Source: Anaeramoeba ignava BMAN (lineage: Eukaryota > Protista > Anaeramoebae). From it: 64,000 nt of DNA. Below, piece by piece: positions 61,001 through 64,000 of the stretch; position 1 is the stretch's first letter, and each line of letters begins with the position of its first letter. Below the pieces are notes generated by a model. It was not told the DNA's origin. It saw only the letters and a list, made by a program, of their open reading frames with translations, and did no database searches. The stretch lies in assembly GCA_028826165.1 (NCBI GenBank), contig JAPDFW010000006.1, forward strand, positions 35,936-99,935. The letters run 5' to 3'. The position numbers were made by a program, and so were the translations under genes.

Positions 61001-64000
61001 AATTAAAATATAAATTAAAAATTAATATTAAAATTCATTTATAAAATTTAAATTATAATTATATAAATTTTTCGTTTTAGTTGGAAATTAACTTACAAAA
61101 ACTAAAGAAAAAGAATGCAAAAAGAATATGAACCTAAAATTTTATTAACAGGTTTATTTGAATTAATTAATTCCCAATAACTTGTATGAGTGTTTCAGAA
61201 TATAATCGTAATTTAATTGGAATTGGAACAGAAAAAGGAAATATTCAAGTAAAAACCAACTTAAATTCTTTTAAAATTCACAAAATAAAATAATATTTTT
61301 AATTTTTAGATCTTTAGTTTAGAGAAGTTTTTAATTAAATCATCATTTTTCATTTTAAATTCTCCTATTCGTGGTTTAAAAATGGATTAGTGAAGATAAA
61401 ATAATATGTTTTGGATACAAAATGTAAATTTATATTCATTTCATTTAAAAAAAATAATAAAGTTTTTATATTCCTTTTTAGGGAAGAAAATTCTTATAAA
61501 AATCAAATTTTATTCTTGAGTATTCAATCAGGATTTTTAAAAGAAATTCAAATTAAATTAGCAGAAAATGATTTTATTAGAAAAATTAAATTATCACCAA
61601 AACAACGTTATTTAGCAATTCTTTTTATAATAATTTGTTAGTGTTTTTTTTTATTCATTTCATAAAATATTTATATTTATATTTATATTTATATTTATAT
61701 TTATATTTATAATAATAACAAAGAAAACCGGAAATTTGGGATCTTTTATTTTCAGAAAAATTTGAACCAATTTATAAAAAGATTTCAGATTTTTATGGAA
61801 AGCAAAATGAAAGATCAGATAAAGAAACATTTGTTTTTGCAACTAGAAAAGAAGGTTTTTAAAAATAATTTTTAAAAATTAAATGAAAAACAAAATAATT
61901 TTTAATAATAATAAAAATAAAAGCAACTGGATTTCTTTTTGTTCAATTGAAGATCAAACATTATCACCTATTAGTAATATTTCTTTCCCAAAACCAATGA
62001 CAAAAACAAGTTGTATAGATTGGAACCGATTGTAAATATTAAAATTAAATTAATTCAAAAATATTTATATTAAAAACCATTTTTTTTTTACTTTTGTTTC
62101 TATTATTTAAAAATTCAAAAGAGTTTTTAATATTTGGAAATTATTCAGGAAATTTATATTATAGCTTTTATTAAACCAGAATTTAAAACTACAATTATTC
62201 CAGTTGGAGTAACTAGAATTGATCAAATCAAATTATCACCAAATCCAAATTCATTTTTATTGCTTGTTTTATTTATTGATGGAGAAATGTCAATTATAAA
62301 TTTGAAAAATTATCAAAAAATTACATCAAATACTTCAAAATTGCAATTTAAGTATAGGATTACAAATGCAGATTGGATTTCTGAAACAAAAATAGTTGCA
62401 AGTAAGATATAATTTTAATAATAATTTTATAAATAATTTTAAATATAATTTTAAATAATAATTTTAATAATAATTTTAATAATAATTTAAAATATAATTT
62501 TAATAATAATTTTAATAATAATTTAATAAATAATTTTAATAATTTTAATAATAATTTTATTAATAATTTTATTAATAATTTTAATAATAATTTTAAATAA
62601 TAATTTTAAATATATTTTTAATAATAATTTTATTAATAATTTTATTAATAATTTTAATAATAATTTTAATAATAATTTTAAATAATAATTTTAAATAATA
62701 ATTTTATTAATAATTTTAATAATAATTTTATTAATAATTTTAAATAGTGTGTAGTGATGGATTTTTAAGAATATTTGATGATAAACTAATTTGTCAAAAT
62801 ACAATTATTAATATTAATAATTTTACCAAAAACCTCAAGCACCTTATTTATTTCCTTATAAAACAACATTAAGTTTAAAAACTGCCTTTCAATACGGATT
62901 AAAAATCATTGAGAACTCAAATGAAATTGAAGATGAAGAAATATTTTATATTATAAAAGATGATGAAAACGAAGTTAATAAACAATTGATTGAAATAAAT
63001 AGTTCAATTTCAAACAAAACAAAGAAAGGAATTTCCAAATGTGATAATATTCCTGAATTATGTATTTTTACATCATTGTTTTTTGGAGATCAAAAAGAAG
63101 AAAGATTCTGGAAATTAGTTCTTCATTACCTTCAGTTTTTTTCGAACAATCAAGAACTATTAAAAGAAATAGAAAATCAAAATGAAAATCAAAATGAAAA
63201 TCAAAATAAAAAAGAAAATCAAAATCAAAATCAAAATATAAATCAAAATCAAAATCAAAATCAAAATCAAAATCAAAATCAAAATCAAAATCAAAATCAA
63301 GATGAAAAAGAAAATGAAAAAGAAAATGAAAAAGAAAATATTATTGAACATTATGATGATGATGATGAAACAGAAATCCAAAAACAAATATTAGAAGATG
63401 AATATTTTTCAAAACCCAAAAAAGAAAGACTTTTTTCACTTTCAAGGAATTTTGGATTATTTCAAGAAACAGAGAAACTCAAACAAGACAGACTTCAAAC
63501 AGCAGATTTCCACCAAACTTTCAGAGGGAATTTATATCCACTTGGGAAAATGATTATTGATGATTATAATTTATTAAATCAACATTCAAAATCATTACCA
63601 ATATTGATGGAAACACAAATGAAGAATCCAAGTTTTTTCCGAGATATGATGTTTGCAATAGCGATATCTTCGCAAATTTCAAAAGATCAAACAATTCAAA
63701 CAATCAAACAAATTTGAAGTAATTAATTTCTCAATGGAAATTATTATGATGGAGCTGAACTTTTATGTTGTTCTTGGATTGCATGAAGAAGCTTGTAATT
63801 TTATTACAAAATATTGGTAAATGGAACTATTCTTGTCGAATTGGTAAAGTTTCATTTACCGTTTGAAAAAGCAAATTAATTTTCCAAAAATATGCAAATC
63901 ATTTACTTGTTCAAAAAGAATCAAGAAAAAGCAATTGAAATTTTTGATGATTGGAGATTTTCATTCTGTTTTTACAATTTTTAGTTGAATTGAAAAATTT
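58097..64000 (+). CDS. WDR11: WDR11-like WD40 protein, multi-exon, truncated by window end; several apparent frameshifts
   Basis: IIPGTITKINE..AINWGLQGLI..HSAIVIFDP...LQVLDGHDSEV..NPYHSILASGDVLGQLIIWD; VYARDITILDL; LFCFHEDGSLSIW; FFGDQKEERFWKLV; ILMET..NPSFFRDMMFA. Confidence 0.85.
58400..59945. repeat. Intronic 12-nt array (TAAATAAAATTA/TAAATTAAATTA)n
   Basis: Fills a WDR11 intron ending ttttAG near 59952. Confidence 0.9.
62410..62745. repeat. Intronic 12-nt array (TAATAATTTTAA)n
   Basis: Fills a WDR11 intron. Confidence 0.85.

Noticed and set aside
54858-64000. AP4B1 and WDR11 as pseudogenes or programmed frameshifts
   Set aside because: Shifts fall mostly in homopolymer runs of conserved core genes and become denser toward the window end, typical of long-read consensus error; the same applies to WDHD1, FKBP15 and the methyltransferase
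1-64000. Inteins, tRNA/rRNA genes, U12 (AT-AC) introns, alternative genetic code
   Set aside because: No Hint or LAGLIDADG motifs and no structured RNA recognised by eye; traced introns are GT-AG; TAA and TGA end genes normally

Overview
Very AT-rich, gene-dense eukaryotic (protist) DNA with spliceosomal GT-AG introns and N/Q-rich low-complexity proteins. The QNQNQN tracts, BTB-TLDc and F-box/TMEM185-type genes and parabasalid-like initiator motifs suggest a metamonad such as Anaeramoeba (inference only). About 14 protein-coding genes are supported: VPS29 (3' exon); a giant multi-exon membrane protein with about 10 Ig-like repeats and a STRA6-like C-terminus; BTB-BACK-TLDc; WDHD1/Ctf4; a SAC9-like phosphoinositide phosphatase; an ankyrin-pseudokinase; a >2170-aa NRPS-derived C-A-T-E-C protein fused to a PH domain; a Pumilio; U1-C; F-box/WD40; a rhodanese-methyltransferase; FKBP15; an F-box/TMEM185-like protein; AP-4 beta; and WDR11 (runs off the window). 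The standout is the pseudo-NRPS-PH fusion: its ORF is intact, but its catalytic motifs, including the carrier-domain serine, are eroded. Other highlights are the STRA6-like receptor, a ~318-bp six-copy tandem array in a divergent promoter, tandem TCATTT initiator-like motifs, and long introns each filled with its own 12-nt repeat. Several single-base frameshifts in homopolymer runs look like consensus errors. All family calls come from motif recognition by eye; no searches were run.
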